A program made the translations under genes and the position numbers. DNA of 12,046 nucleotides, taken from NCBI GenBank assembly GCA_044356295.1, contig JBIKWN010000071.1, positions 1-12,046 on the forward strand, given 5' to 3'. Source of the DNA: Bdellovibrionota bacterium. GTDB lineage: Bacteria > Bdellovibrionota_C > UBA2361 > JBIKWN01. Of the stretch, positions 1 through 8,385 are shown in pieces. Position 1 is the first letter of the stretch; each line of letters opens with the position of its first letter. Below the pieces are notes generated by a model that did no database searches, had not been told where the DNA came from, and saw only the letters and a list, made by a program, of their open reading frames with translations.

Positions 1-1
1 T

Positions 2-559
2 ATAACTCTTGAAACTTCAAAAAAAGAGATAGATGCACTCACAAAATTGCCTTCTACTCTCGAAGTAATACTCAAAAGTAGTAAGAAAATTGAAAAACTT
101 TCGAAGCTTCATTACCGTGCTCGTGATTTTCTTTTTCTTGGAAGAGGTATCTGTTTCCCGATTGCACTTGAAGGTGCTTTAAAATTGAAAGAGATTTCAT
201 ACATTCATGCTGAAGGATATCCAGCAGGTGAGATTAAACATGGACCACTCGCTTTGATAGACGAAGATATGCCAGTGGTTATGGTTTTGAATCAGTCTGC
301 AATTCTTGAGAAAGCAATTTCAAATTTGAAGGAAGTTGAAAGTCGTGGTGCGAAATTGATTTGCGTTACAGATACAATGATTGATGAAGGTATGATCGGC
401 AATCAAGAAGGGTTTATTCCAGTACCGTTTATTAGTGAATCGCTTGCGCCAATTCTTTTGAATATTCCTCTGCAACTTTTGGCTTATTTTGTTGCTGTGC
501 ATAACGGGACTGATGTTGATCTTCCTAGGAATCTTGCTAAGAGTGTTACTGTTGAGTAG
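2..559 (+). CDS. glmS: Glutamine-fructose-6-phosphate aminotransferase, C-terminal SIS domain (5'-partial, runs off the window start)
   Basis: Frame is open from base 2 (ITLETSKKEIDALTKLPST...). Contains the GlmS motifs FLGRG, ALEGALKLKEISYIHAEGYPAGEIKHGP and the terminal PRNLAKSVTVE. Confidence 0.98.
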   Translation: MTLETSKKEIDALTKLPSTLEVILKSSKKIEKLSKLHYRARDFLFLGRGICFPIALEGALKLKEISYIHAEGYPAGEIKHGPLALIDEDMPVVMVLNQSAILEKAISNLKEVESRGAKLICVTDTMIDEGMIGNQEGFIPVPFISESLAPILLNIPLQLLAYFVAVHNGTDVDLPRNLAKSVTVE

Positions 560-578
560 TCATTTATAGAGTCATTTT

Positions 579-1328
579 ATGTGGAAGAAATATACATTCA
601 TCATTTTTTTCTTTGTATGCACAAGTTGCCCAGTTGTTTTTTCTGAGGAAAGTCCGCGTCAGGGGCTTTTTGAAGTTGAGGCTGGAGCCTTGTTTACAAA
701 TAATATGTTGCTCTCTGGGTACAACCAGGCAAATGCAACTTCTGATTGGGATAGTTTTGCTCCAACGGCTCGTCTTGAATATTGGTCAGTTAAAAAAGAT
801 GGTTGGAACTACGGAGTTGTTGCCCAACCCCTTTTTGCAAGTTACTCGGGTACGCTCAGTAGTGATTTTAATACCGATGAGAGCGAGTACAAAAAAAATG
901 AATCTGGTAGTTTGAGTTATCAGTTCCATACCTTGAGGGGCACTGCTAACTACCCAATCGTTACCTCTGCTGATAAAAAAAGTTATCTCCGTGTTGGTGG
1001 TTCTCTTGTTACAAGGTACGTTGATATTAAGTTTAAAGCAGGACAGGAATCATTTCAGAGAAGTGGTTTTATTGCTTTTCCGGTTGCGAATTTTGAAGGA
1101 GAGCTTTTTTTAGACTCAGACTATAGCCTCTTTACGAGAACCGATTTTTTCCCTGCTTCAGGGGGTGAGGGGTTATACGATTCGCTTATCGCTGTTAGAA
1201 ATCACTTTGATACGAGCAGCGTCGATTTTGGGGTACGTTTATTCTTCGGAGGCTATGATCCTGACGAGGAAGGAAAATTTGCCAATAAGATTTTTTATAC
1301 AGGTGCTGTTATTCGATACCTGTGGTGA
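579..1328 (+). CDS. Hypothetical exported protein, probable outer-membrane beta-barrel
   Basis: 249-aa ATG ORF. N-terminal MWKK plus hydrophobic signal peptide, many alternating aromatic/polar segments (e.g. GWNYGVVAQP, YLRVGGSLV, VDFGVRLFFGG), and a C-terminal aromatic strand (YTGAVIRYLW) typical of beta-barrel OMPs. Confidence 0.7.
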   Translation: MWKKYTFIIFFFVCTSCPVVFSEESPRQGLFEVEAGALFTNNMLLSGYNQANATSDWDSFAPTARLEYWSVKKDGWNYGVVAQPLFASYSGTLSSDFNTDESEYKKNESGSLSYQFHTLRGTANYPIVTSADKKSYLRVGGSLVTRYVDIKFKAGQESFQRSGFIAFPVANFEGELFLDSDYSLFTRTDFFPASGGEGLYDSLIAVRNHFDTSSVDFGVRLFFGGYDPDEEGKFANKIFYTGAVIRYLW

Positions 1329-1347
1329 GGAGGCATTTTTTTTTAAA

Positions 1348-1734
1348 CTACTTCCCTTTATAGTTATCAGTAGTTTTTTTGACCTCAGAAGCAGTGGTAT
1401 TTGGCATTGCATCATTTTTAGAAATTCTTAAATCCTGAACATAACATTCGCCGCCTTCAGAATGAGTGATGCTTTTCCATTCTTTGCATGACTCTTTCGG
1501 GATGCTTCTGTCTTTGCATGTATAAGGGCAAGCAGACCTCGTTACAGCACCGTGTGCATCAACTGCTCGGTATTCGAAAGGCTTCATGTCGCCGTCTGTG
1601 TTCTCTCTCCATTCCTCTGCGCTAATTGTAAATGCAAAACACAGCGCAGCTGTTGAGAACCCAACGATCAGGTCTCGTTTCGTTATGTAGAGATTCGTTA
1701 AGCGGCGAGGAGTTTTGTAATCAGTTTTAATCAT
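1348..1734 (-). CDS. Hypothetical small secreted protein with four Cys in the mature part
   Basis: Part of track ORF 1348..1782. ATG at 1734 (MIKTDYK) or 1746 is more plausible than the TTG at 1782. Basic N-region, hydrophobic LIVGFSTAALCFAFTISA, probable cleavage ISA|EE, then CPYTC...C...C. Fills the gap between the OMP gene and mraZ. Confidence 0.6.
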   Translation of the reverse strand: MIKTDYKTPRRLTNLYITKRDLIVGFSTAALCFAFTISAEEWRENTDGDMKPFEYRAVDAHGAVTRSACPYTCKDRSIPKESCKEWKSITHSEGGECYVQDLRISKNDAMPNTTASEVKKTTDNYKGK

Positions 1735-1860
1735 CGGTAAATCCATAAGGTAGCAGAGCTTCCCTTTTAAACGAATAACCAAGGAAGACTATTCAACGAA
1801 AACTATTTTTTCTTCTCGTTTATCCGCGAAAAAGTTTTCCAAACACTTAAAAAAACAACT

Positions 1861-1900
1861 TGGGATAAAGCATAAAGTGGTGTAAAGTGGGATAAAGCGG
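1861..1900 (+). promoter_or_regulatory. MraZ operator: direct repeats with 10-bp period
   Basis: cataaagtgg (1871-1880), tgtaaagtgg (1881-1890) and gataaagcgg (1891-1900), plus an out-of-phase tgggataaag (1861-1870), directly upstream of the mraZ ATG at 1902. MraZ is known to bind GTGG/TGGG-containing 10-bp-period repeats upstream of its own gene. Confidence 0.85.
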
Positions 1901-1901
1901 C

Positions 1902-2405
1902 ATGGATAGTACAAAATCCGATAAAATTCCAGAAAATCAAGAGGTTAAGCCAACCTTTAGGGGACATTTCACCCATAATTTAGATCAAAAAGGGCGAGTA
2001 AGCCTTCCTTCAGACTTTAGAAAGGTGCTTGAAGACTCACAATCAACCAGTGTTGTGTTAACGAACTATATTTCTGATGGCTCAAGATGCTTAGAAGGAT
2101 TTACCTCAAAAGAGTGGACTGATTTTGAACGTAAACTTCGAGAGAAAAGTAGGTTCTCTGCAAAGCTTCAAAAGCTAGAAAATTTTTATCTTTCACGTGC
2201 TTCGGATTGTGCTCTTGATGGAAGCGGCAGAATTATTATTCCTCAGTATCTGCGCACCTACGCAAGTATTGATCGAGAAGTAACTTTTACTTCATCAATT
2301 CACGGATTTCGTATTTGGGATACTCGGGTCTGGAGTCATATTTTTAGTGAAGCAGAGAGTGCGTTGCTTCAAAATCCAGATCTTTTTTCGGATGTTGATA
2401 TATGA
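1902..2405 (+). CDS. mraZ: Division/cell wall cluster transcriptional repressor MraZ
   Basis: Two SpoVT/AbrB-type motifs, FRGHFTHNLDQKGRVSLP and LDGSGRIIIP, and position at the head of rsmH-ftsL-ftsI. Confidence 0.96.
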   Translation: MDSTKSDKIPENQEVKPTFRGHFTHNLDQKGRVSLPSDFRKVLEDSQSTSVVLTNYISDGSRCLEGFTSKEWTDFERKLREKSRFSAKLQKLENFYLSRASDCALDGSGRIIIPQYLRTYASIDREVTFTSSIHGFRIWDTRVWSHIFSEAESALLQNPDLFSDVDI

Positions 2406-3382
2406 ATCAGCAATCCGAAACAACAATTCATTACTCGGTGCTAAAGGATGAAGTTATCGAACAGCTTGCGCGCTGTCGGCAGGGCACGGATGCCCATCAA
2501 TGCCGTTTTCTTGATTGCACACTTGGTGGTGCAGGTCACACTGAAGCATTACTCGAAGCTCTTCCAGATTGTACCGTCATTGCATGTGACCGCGATAATC
2601 GAGCGATAGAGAGAGCTGAAAAAAAATTATCCGAAAAATTCAGTAGTGATCGATGGAAGTTGATTCATACAGCTTTTTCACAGGTTGAAGATTCACTTTC
2701 AGATGATGAGAAAAACTTTGATGGCATGCTTGTCGATCTTGGACTTTCAACTGATCAGATAAAAGAAAACCGTGGGTTCTCATTTCGTGACGAAGATAGT
2801 CTAGACATGAGAATGGATGAATCAATCGGGATTACAGCTGCTGATATAGTAAATGATTCGTCTGAAAAGGATCTGCTTCGAATACTACGTCGTGGAGGAG
2901 CGGAAAAAGAAGCATTCTCTGCAACAAAAGCAATCGTTGAGCATCGCCCTTTTAAAAGCACTGCTGCCCTAAGCGAAGTGGTGAGTAATGCGCTTCAGTG
3001 GTTAGAAAGAAAAAAGAAACAGCAACGAAGTAACTATCACATTAAAACAAATGCTGCGACGGTGGTACTTCAAGCAATTAGAATTGAAGTGAATAAGGAA
3101 TTTGAAGAGATTGATGCAATGCTTGATGCTGCTCCACGACTTGTCAAAAAAGGTGGACGACTTGGTGTTATTACTTTTCATTCACTCGAAGACAAACTTG
3201 TCACAAAACGTATGCGTGCTTGGGCACAGGGCAATACTGCGCCGGCATACCTAGGGATAATTGATCGTGGTTCGAAAGGACGATTTATAACCAGTCAACC
3301 AATTGTGCCTTCTGAGAAGGAAATTGAAATCAACCCAGCATCAAGAAGTGCACGATTAAGAGTTTTTGAATTTTTATCGTAA
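2402..3382 (+). CDS. rsmH: 16S rRNA m4C1402 methyltransferase RsmH (MraW)
   Basis: Motifs DCTLGGAGH, DLGLS...RGFSF, LDMRMD, QAIRIEVN.E, GGRLGVITFHSLEDKLV and NPASRSARLRV. ATGA overlap with the mraZ stop. Confidence 0.97.
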   Translation: MNQQSETTIHYSVLKDEVIEQLARCRQGTDAHQCRFLDCTLGGAGHTEALLEALPDCTVIACDRDNRAIERAEKKLSEKFSSDRWKLIHTAFSQVEDSLSDDEKNFDGMLVDLGLSTDQIKENRGFSFRDEDSLDMRMDESIGITAADIVNDSSEKDLLRILRRGGAEKEAFSATKAIVEHRPFKSTAALSEVVSNALQWLERKKKQQRSNYHIKTNAATVVLQAIRIEVNKEFEEIDAMLDAAPRLVKKGGRLGVITFHSLEDKLVTKRMRAWAQGNTAPAYLGIIDRGSKGRFITSQPIVPSEKEIEINPASRSARLRVFEFLS

Positions 3383-3393
3383 AGGATTACACC

Positions 3394-3714
3394 ATGGCTA
3401 TAGCTCTTGATTATCAAACTGTTTATGTCCGCCGAAAACCGGTAAACCTTCCTGTTTCTTGGCATTTAATTGCTGGTGTATTTCTTTTTATTGCACTGGT
3501 TGCAAAAGTTTGGATAACAATCGAATCCACTGAGCAAGGATATAAACTAGCACGTGCAAGACAAGAAGCTGTGCAACTTGATATGGAACGTCGTGAGTTA
3601 GAATTACACTATTCAGTTTTACTAAAACCAGATAACTTAGTGATGAGAGCTCATAAACAATTGGGACTACAACCACTTAATCCAGCACAAGCTAAAAGGA
3701 TCTATACTCGATGA
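3394..3714 (+). CDS. ftsL: Cell division protein FtsL
   Basis: 106 aa with a short cytoplasmic N-terminus, one TM helix (WHLIAGVFLFIALVAKVWI), a coiled coil after GYKL, and ending RAHKQLGL..LNPAQ. Canonical position between rsmH and ftsI; aagga RBS upstream. Confidence 0.85.
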   Translation: MAIALDYQTVYVRRKPVNLPVSWHLIAGVFLFIALVAKVWITIESTEQGYKLARARQEAVQLDMERRELELHYSVLLKPDNLVMRAHKQLGLQPLNPAQAKRIYTR

Positions 3715-5594
3715 GATCAAGGAGACAGCAAAAAGCACAGTTTTCACTTAATTTTGCACGCTCTGCCCAGTCAGCTTACCAATATGGCAACGTCAACCGT
3801 GGTGAAGATGTTTCGGGTAATAGTGGAATAATTCTTCCTCCAAAATCACGAAAAATTAGAATGACTGCAATAGGTCTTCTCGCATTTGCATGGGTTGGAG
3901 TTATTGGAGCTAGACTTTATTTTTTACAGGTTTCTGATCAATCAAGATGGCAATCATGGGCATTAAAGCAACACTTTGCTGATGTTGAACTAGCTTCGGA
4001 ACGTGGTCCTATCCTTGACCGAAGTGGGAAATTAATGGCGGTGTCTGTTCCGGCTGGTTCAGTTTATATCCGACCAAAACAGATTAAAGATAAAGAAAAA
4101 ACGGCTTTACAGCTTGCCGCACTTCTTGAAATGGACAAGCGAGATATTCTTAAAAAAATGGAGGAGAAATCCCCATTTGTTTGGATCCGTCGACAATTAC
4201 CCCGAGCGATTGCGGATAAGATAACAAACTTAAAAATGAGTGGTGTTAATTACGTTTTAGAAGCCAAACGTTTTTATCCTTTTAGTAATGCTGCGAGTAC
4301 TCTTATTGGAAAAGCTGGAGTGGATGGCACAGGGCTTTCTGGCATTGAAAAGCTCTATGAAAAAGAGCTCCACGAACAGAGCAAGAAACAAAGAGTGGTT
4401 CGAGATGCTTACGGAAATCCGATTCAACTTACTGCATTTGCAGCTAATGAAATGGAACTTCCTAAAGGCGAAGAGTTAAAACTGACACTTGATAGTGATA
4501 TTCAACAAATTGTCGATGAAGAAGTAGAGCTTGGAGAGACTAATGCAAATGCACAATCTGTAGCAGCAGTGATGATCGATGCTGATACAGGAGAGATTCT
4601 TGCAATGAGTCAATCATCGAGCCCTAACTTTAATATGGCAGGGACTGGTTCCAAAGATGAAACCAAAAATAAACTGGTAGAAGCAGTCTTTGAACCTGGC
4701 TCAATTTTTAAACCATTAGTTGCTGCAGCAGCAATCGAAGAAGGGGTGCTCAAACCAACGGATATTATTAATTGCGAAAACGGTAAGTACCCCTTTATGA
4801 AGCACGTTATTAAAGATGTGCATCCAAGTGGGTCGATTTCTACCTTTGATGTTGTTGTACGATCATCAAATATTGGAATGACCAAAATTGGAATTCGTCT
4901 TGGAAAAGATCGTCTCTATGATTGGATAAGACGTTTTGGGTTTGGTTATAACACCAAGCTTGGACTTCCTGGGGAAACCGCAGGAATTTTGAGACATGTT
5001 AATTCGTGGAGTGGTGTTGATGTTGCAACTCATTCTTTTGGTCAAGGTGTGGCGGTTACTCCACTCCAAATAGTACGTGGAGTTGCAGCGGTCGCAAATG
5101 GTGGAAAGCTTCCGACACTTAAACTTATTCTAGATCAAAAAACTCCTGAACCATTAAGAATTCTTAGTGAAAAAACTGCTGAAACAGTACAAGAGATGAT
5201 GTACGGCGTTGTCGAAGATGAGCATGGTACAGGCGGCAAGGCTACGATTGAAGGGCTTCGAGTGGGTGGAAAAACTGGAACTGCTCAAAAAGCTCGCCCT
5301 GATGGAAGAGGTTATGCTGCAGGAAGTTATGTTGCATCGTTTGTTGGTTTTGCTGATACCTCAGGACTAGGAGTAAAGAAAAAATTAGTTTTGTTAGTTA
5401 CTGTTGATGAGCCTCGTACTACTTCAATTTATGGAGGAACACTTGCAGCTCCGGTATTTAAAAGAATTATTCAAAGAACGGCGCACATGATGGTGACAAG
5501 AGAATCGCTTGGAGATAAACCTGCGGTGCCGATTCAGCCATTTATTGAAGCTAATGTGGTTCCTCAGGATATTCCTTCTTTGGTTCGTTCTTAA
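3711..5594 (+). CDS. ftsI: Class B penicillin-binding protein FtsI/PBP3
   Basis: N-terminal TM helix, RGPILDRSG, RFYP, G..GIE..Y, and transpeptidase motifs EPGSIFK (SxxK), SSN (SxN), KTGTAQ. ATGA overlap with ftsL. Confidence 0.95.
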   Translation: MRSRRQQKAQFSLNFARSAQSAYQYGNVNRGEDVSGNSGIILPPKSRKIRMTAIGLLAFAWVGVIGARLYFLQVSDQSRWQSWALKQHFADVELASERGPILDRSGKLMAVSVPAGSVYIRPKQIKDKEKTALQLAALLEMDKRDILKKMEEKSPFVWIRRQLPRAIADKITNLKMSGVNYVLEAKRFYPFSNAASTLIGKAGVDGTGLSGIEKLYEKELHEQSKKQRVVRDAYGNPIQLTAFAANEMELPKGEELKLTLDSDIQQIVDEEVELGETNANAQSVAAVMIDADTGEILAMSQSSSPNFNMAGTGSKDETKNKLVEAVFEPGSIFKPLVAAAAIEEGVLKPTDIINCENGKYPFMKHVIKDVHPSGSISTFDVVVRSSNIGMTKIGIRLGKDRLYDWIRRFGFGYNTKLGLPGETAGILRHVNSWSGVDVATHSFGQGVAVTPLQIVRGVAAVANGGKLPTLKLILDQKTPEPLRILSEKTAETVQEMMYGVVEDEHGTGGKATIEGLRVGGKTGTAQKARPDGRGYAAGSYVASFVGFADTSGLGVKKKLVLLVTVDEPRTTSIYGGTLAAPVFKRIIQRTAHMMVTRESLGDKPAVPIQPFIEANVVPQDIPSLVRS

Positions 5595-5657
5595 TTACTA
5601 GATTATCGATTGATAAAAAGATTCCCTTTCCCGTGACCCTGAGCGTAGGCGTGAGCG

Positions 5658-5738
5658 AAGGGATAGGAAAATCAAAGCTCTTTCTGTAAGGAGCTGATAG
5701 AATGGACTATTGCTCAAGACTTTATGAGTGAGTGGTAT
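5658..5738 (-). mobile_element. IS91/ISCR-family oriIS-like end, copy 1 (81 bp)
   Basis: aagggataggaaaatcaaagctctttctgtaag...gagtgagtggtat; 75/81 identical to 11667-11747. Minus strand ends GCTTTGATTTTCCTATCC, resembling IS91/ISCR oriIS ends (TTCCTAT core), and lies directly downstream of a transposase fragment. Confidence 0.8.
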
Positions 5739-5928
5739 AAGTTACGATGTCATCTTGAATGGTAAGTTTCTCTAGGGATATGGGTCCCCGTTCAACGTAC
5801 CTTGCAACAAACTTCTCTGAACCCTCATCCTGGAAGGGATCTCCTAACCACACCGAGAACCCCGTATGCTCTTGAGATAGGATCTTCCTGTCCGTTATCT
5901 TTGAAGCATCTATCGTTAATTTTAGTAC
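5722..5928 (-). pseudogene. Internal fragment of an IS91/ISCR-family HUH (rolling-circle) transposase including the catalytic Tyr region
   Basis: Manual translation of a stop-to-stop frame: VLKLTIDASKITDRKILSQEHTGFSVWLGDPFQDEGSEKFVARYVERGPISLEKLTIQDDIVTYTTHS*. HxGFSV...ARYxxRxPISLExL...VTY matches the IS91/ISCR transposase core (Tyr codon 5797-5799). No start codon upstream of the motif, and the HUH and Zn-binding regions are missing. Confidence 0.8.
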
Positions 5929-6128
5929 TTACATACGCAATATAATTAGTTTTTTGTGAATTTTTTTTGTACAGAAAAATGTATTTTTCCTGATACAAAT
6001 GAAGATTAATAAAAGATATAGGTCAGGAGGGTGAACGGGTCCTATAAATCATGCTATGTCAAGATTTTTTAAGCCCTTTGTATCGTACATGATTCGTTTT
6101 GTTTTTAAAGAATGTAAATATAGCCACA

Positions 6129-8315
6129 ATGCATAGTAGTACATCACAATCGAATCAACCTCTTGAAATTGAAAAGCAGCTTTCGAATCCAGCACCCCTC
6201 GAAGCATATGAAAAAATAGAAAAGCTTATTTCTCTTTACGAGGCACTAGTCCCACAAATATATATAGATGAAGCTCAATTAGAAAAGGAAAGAGCTGCAG
6301 GCCAAGGTATTGAGTCGATAATGCAAGATTCACTCAATAATTCGAAAGTTCTATTTACTTTACTTGCAGTTGATAAGTCAATAAATCAATTAACTGGTCT
6401 GTTTGTACGAGAGATAAAATCACGTGGTTCCTTTGTGGCTGGAGCTGAGCCATTCAAATCACTAGCACTGTCAGGAGGTACTGATGAAATATTCATACAA
6501 GGTTTACAAGAAAGATACCAAAAGTACTACTGCTTACCTCCAATTATTAAAGATGAAACTGTGACTAGTCTGAATGAAGCACTATTGAGTCTCGGTGAGA
6601 GTGATTTAAAAGAAGTAGCTTTAAAACTCAGTGACGCAACAAAAAACGTAACCCAGTTTCTTTCTGTAAAGACTGTCTTGCATTCGATATTGATGTTTAA
6701 TCAGCCATTACGAGAAGAGCAACAAAGTCAAAATATCCTCCGTGAATTGGCGGAAACAATTTTATTAGTATCAGATCCTCGCGATTTTCTTCGTGGTAAT
6801 CTTGCAGCTTGTTTAATTGCAGAAGAGTCAATAAGAACTTTTCGAAGAAATAAGATTTCCAACATAAGTGATTCTATGGGCGAAAAGGCTGATGGACATT
6901 TTTTTGAATTAGCCCTCTTCGATTCTGACCTTAGAAATGAACTGTTGCAGTGTCGCACACTGCTTGGTCCGCTTTCAGAGCTACCGATTCCAGTGATTAA
7001 AATGGCTCGTGGAATTGCTTCAAATAAAGAACGTCATATTTCTGATGTTTGCAATGAGGTATTAGAACTTTGGAATAATTCTCAATTCGGTTCTCTTCCA
7101 ATGGAAGAAGCAGAACTTGTTTCGTCATATCTTTTCAAGTTCTTCAGAGAAAAAAAAGAACCTGATATTTCTTTTTTGAAAGACCTATTAAACATTCCAT
7201 CAGATCTTATAACTTTTCCTCATCATTTTGGAGAAAAAAAGACTGATATCTCTGAAGTTGGATCACTTTTTCGTCAATCGATTATTGATTCTCTTCCGCA
7301 TCTTGAAGAGAAGTACAAACTATTTTGTGAGAACATATCCATAATTAAAAAATTAAATCCAGCGCAATGTGTTGAAATCGCATATATAGCTATGAACCCA
7401 GATGTATCTACTGTGCGCTTAAGACATGTATTTAAGATTTTTGACGCACATTCTTTTGCCCCCTCTATTTTGAATAGAAAAAATATTCTTGAACTAGATG
7501 AAGATATTCTTAAAACACTATCACAGATACCTTCAGGTAAAATTCAATACGCAGACTATAGGAAATGTCTTAAAGCTCAAGATTTCACAAACCTTTCTAC
7601 CATTCTAAATGATTATTTAGACAATTCTTCTCTTCCTATAGAAGATAATGTAATTCCTTCTGTCGCAGAAAAAGTCGATAGCGAAAAAGATCAAGTTTCA
7701 ATACTTCTTAATGGAATCACGAATGAATTTATGAGAAGACGTTTCGAATACCAAAGAAGTCTTATTCAAAAAGACTTTGATGCTTTTGGTAATACTCTGG
7801 TTTCTGCAGTACTCTTAGAAAGTTCCTCTACTCGAAGAAAATATTTACAACTTTTAGAATCTGGGGAATCTATGGCAGATCGAAGAGATGTTTTAGGAAT
7901 TGATACAGTGGCATTAAGGCAAGCAGAAGTTATCCCAATCTTTTTAAAGCAATTATTTTATAATTGTGATGAGGAGCAAGTAATTCAAGAAGATTGGAAG
8001 CCTTCCTTTTCAAAAGAGTTGTCGGGTTCTTTTAAAAGAATTGTGTTCATATCTGGATTTGCAGATAACTTTCAAGTTATCGATCATAATTTAAAGAAAA
8101 AAGTGTCATTTGTGAGCTGTGACCAGGTGAGAAACTTACAGACTGGAGAAAATGACCTAGTGATACTCTTAACACCTACTATATCTCACTCCTCAGGAGA
8201 GCACGTTGAGAAAATGGCACGTGCTAACAATAGCGAAGTTGTTCTTTTAGATGAAAAAGGAATTAAAAGGATAAAACTTACTATTGAGCACTTAAGAGAC
8301 TACATCGAAATGTAA
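6129..8315 (+). CDS. Large hypothetical protein, mostly helical, with a C-terminal DUF2325-like alpha/beta domain
   Basis: Track ORF 6099..8315 (738 aa from TTG; first ATG at 6129). The last ~94 aa (8031-8315: KRIVFISG...DLVILLTPTISHSSGEHVEKMARANNSEVVLLDEKGIKRI) follow the DUF2325 pattern as I recall it. The remainder is not recognised. Confidence 0.75.
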   Translation: MHSSTSQSNQPLEIEKQLSNPAPLEAYEKIEKLISLYEALVPQIYIDEAQLEKERAAGQGIESIMQDSLNNSKVLFTLLAVDKSINQLTGLFVREIKSRGSFVAGAEPFKSLALSGGTDEIFIQGLQERYQKYYCLPPIIKDETVTSLNEALLSLGESDLKEVALKLSDATKNVTQFLSVKTVLHSILMFNQPLREEQQSQNILRELAETILLVSDPRDFLRGNLAACLIAEESIRTFRRNKISNISDSMGEKADGHFFELALFDSDLRNELLQCRTLLGPLSELPIPVIKMARGIASNKERHISDVCNEVLELWNNSQFGSLPMEEAELVSSYLFKFFREKKEPDISFLKDLLNIPSDLITFPHHFGEKKTDISEVGSLFRQSIIDSLPHLEEKYKLFCENISIIKKLNPAQCVEIAYIAMNPDVSTVRLRHVFKIFDAHSFAPSILNRKNILELDEDILKTLSQIPSGKIQYADYRKCLKAQDFTNLSTILNDYLDNSSLPIEDNVIPSVAEKVDSEKDQVSILLNGITNEFMRRRFEYQRSLIQKDFDAFGNTLVSAVLLESSSTRRKYLQLLESGESMADRRDVLGIDTVALRQAEVIPIFLKQLFYNCDEEQVIQEDWKPSFSKELSGSFKRIVFISGFADNFQVIDHNLKKKVSFVSCDQVRNLQTGENDLVILLTPTISHSSGEHVEKMARANNSEVVLLDEKGIKRIKLTIEHLRDYIEM

Positions 8316-8375
8316 GGGATAGGAAAATCAAAGCTCTTTCTGTAAGTAGTTGAGAGTATCTGCTATTCATCAAGA
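8314..8375 (-). mobile_element. IS91/ISCR-family oriIS-like end, copy 2 (shortened, 62 bp)
   Basis: First 33 bp identical to copies 1 and 3; 58/62 identical to 11667-11728, then diverges. Overlaps the TAA stop of the upstream 738-aa ORF. Confidence 0.78.
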
Positions 8376-8385
8376 GCTAAAGATT

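Noticed and set aside
560..600. Tn7-like insertion at attTn7 downstream of glmS (TGTGG at 580-584)
   Set aside because: The match is only 5 nt and is simply the ATG TGG start of the next gene; no TnsB-site repeats or tns genes follow.
320..5069. Short track ORFs 320..502, 613..915, 1165..1431, 2640..2825, 2755..2961, 3488..3676, 4288..4479, 4610..4885, 4866..5069
   Set aside because: All overlap better-supported genes in another frame or strand and show no recognisable motifs.
6017..6046. tatagg...cctata stem as a terIS or fourth ori
   Set aside because: Only a 6-bp stem with an 18-nt loop and no further similarity to the ori block; too weak to call.
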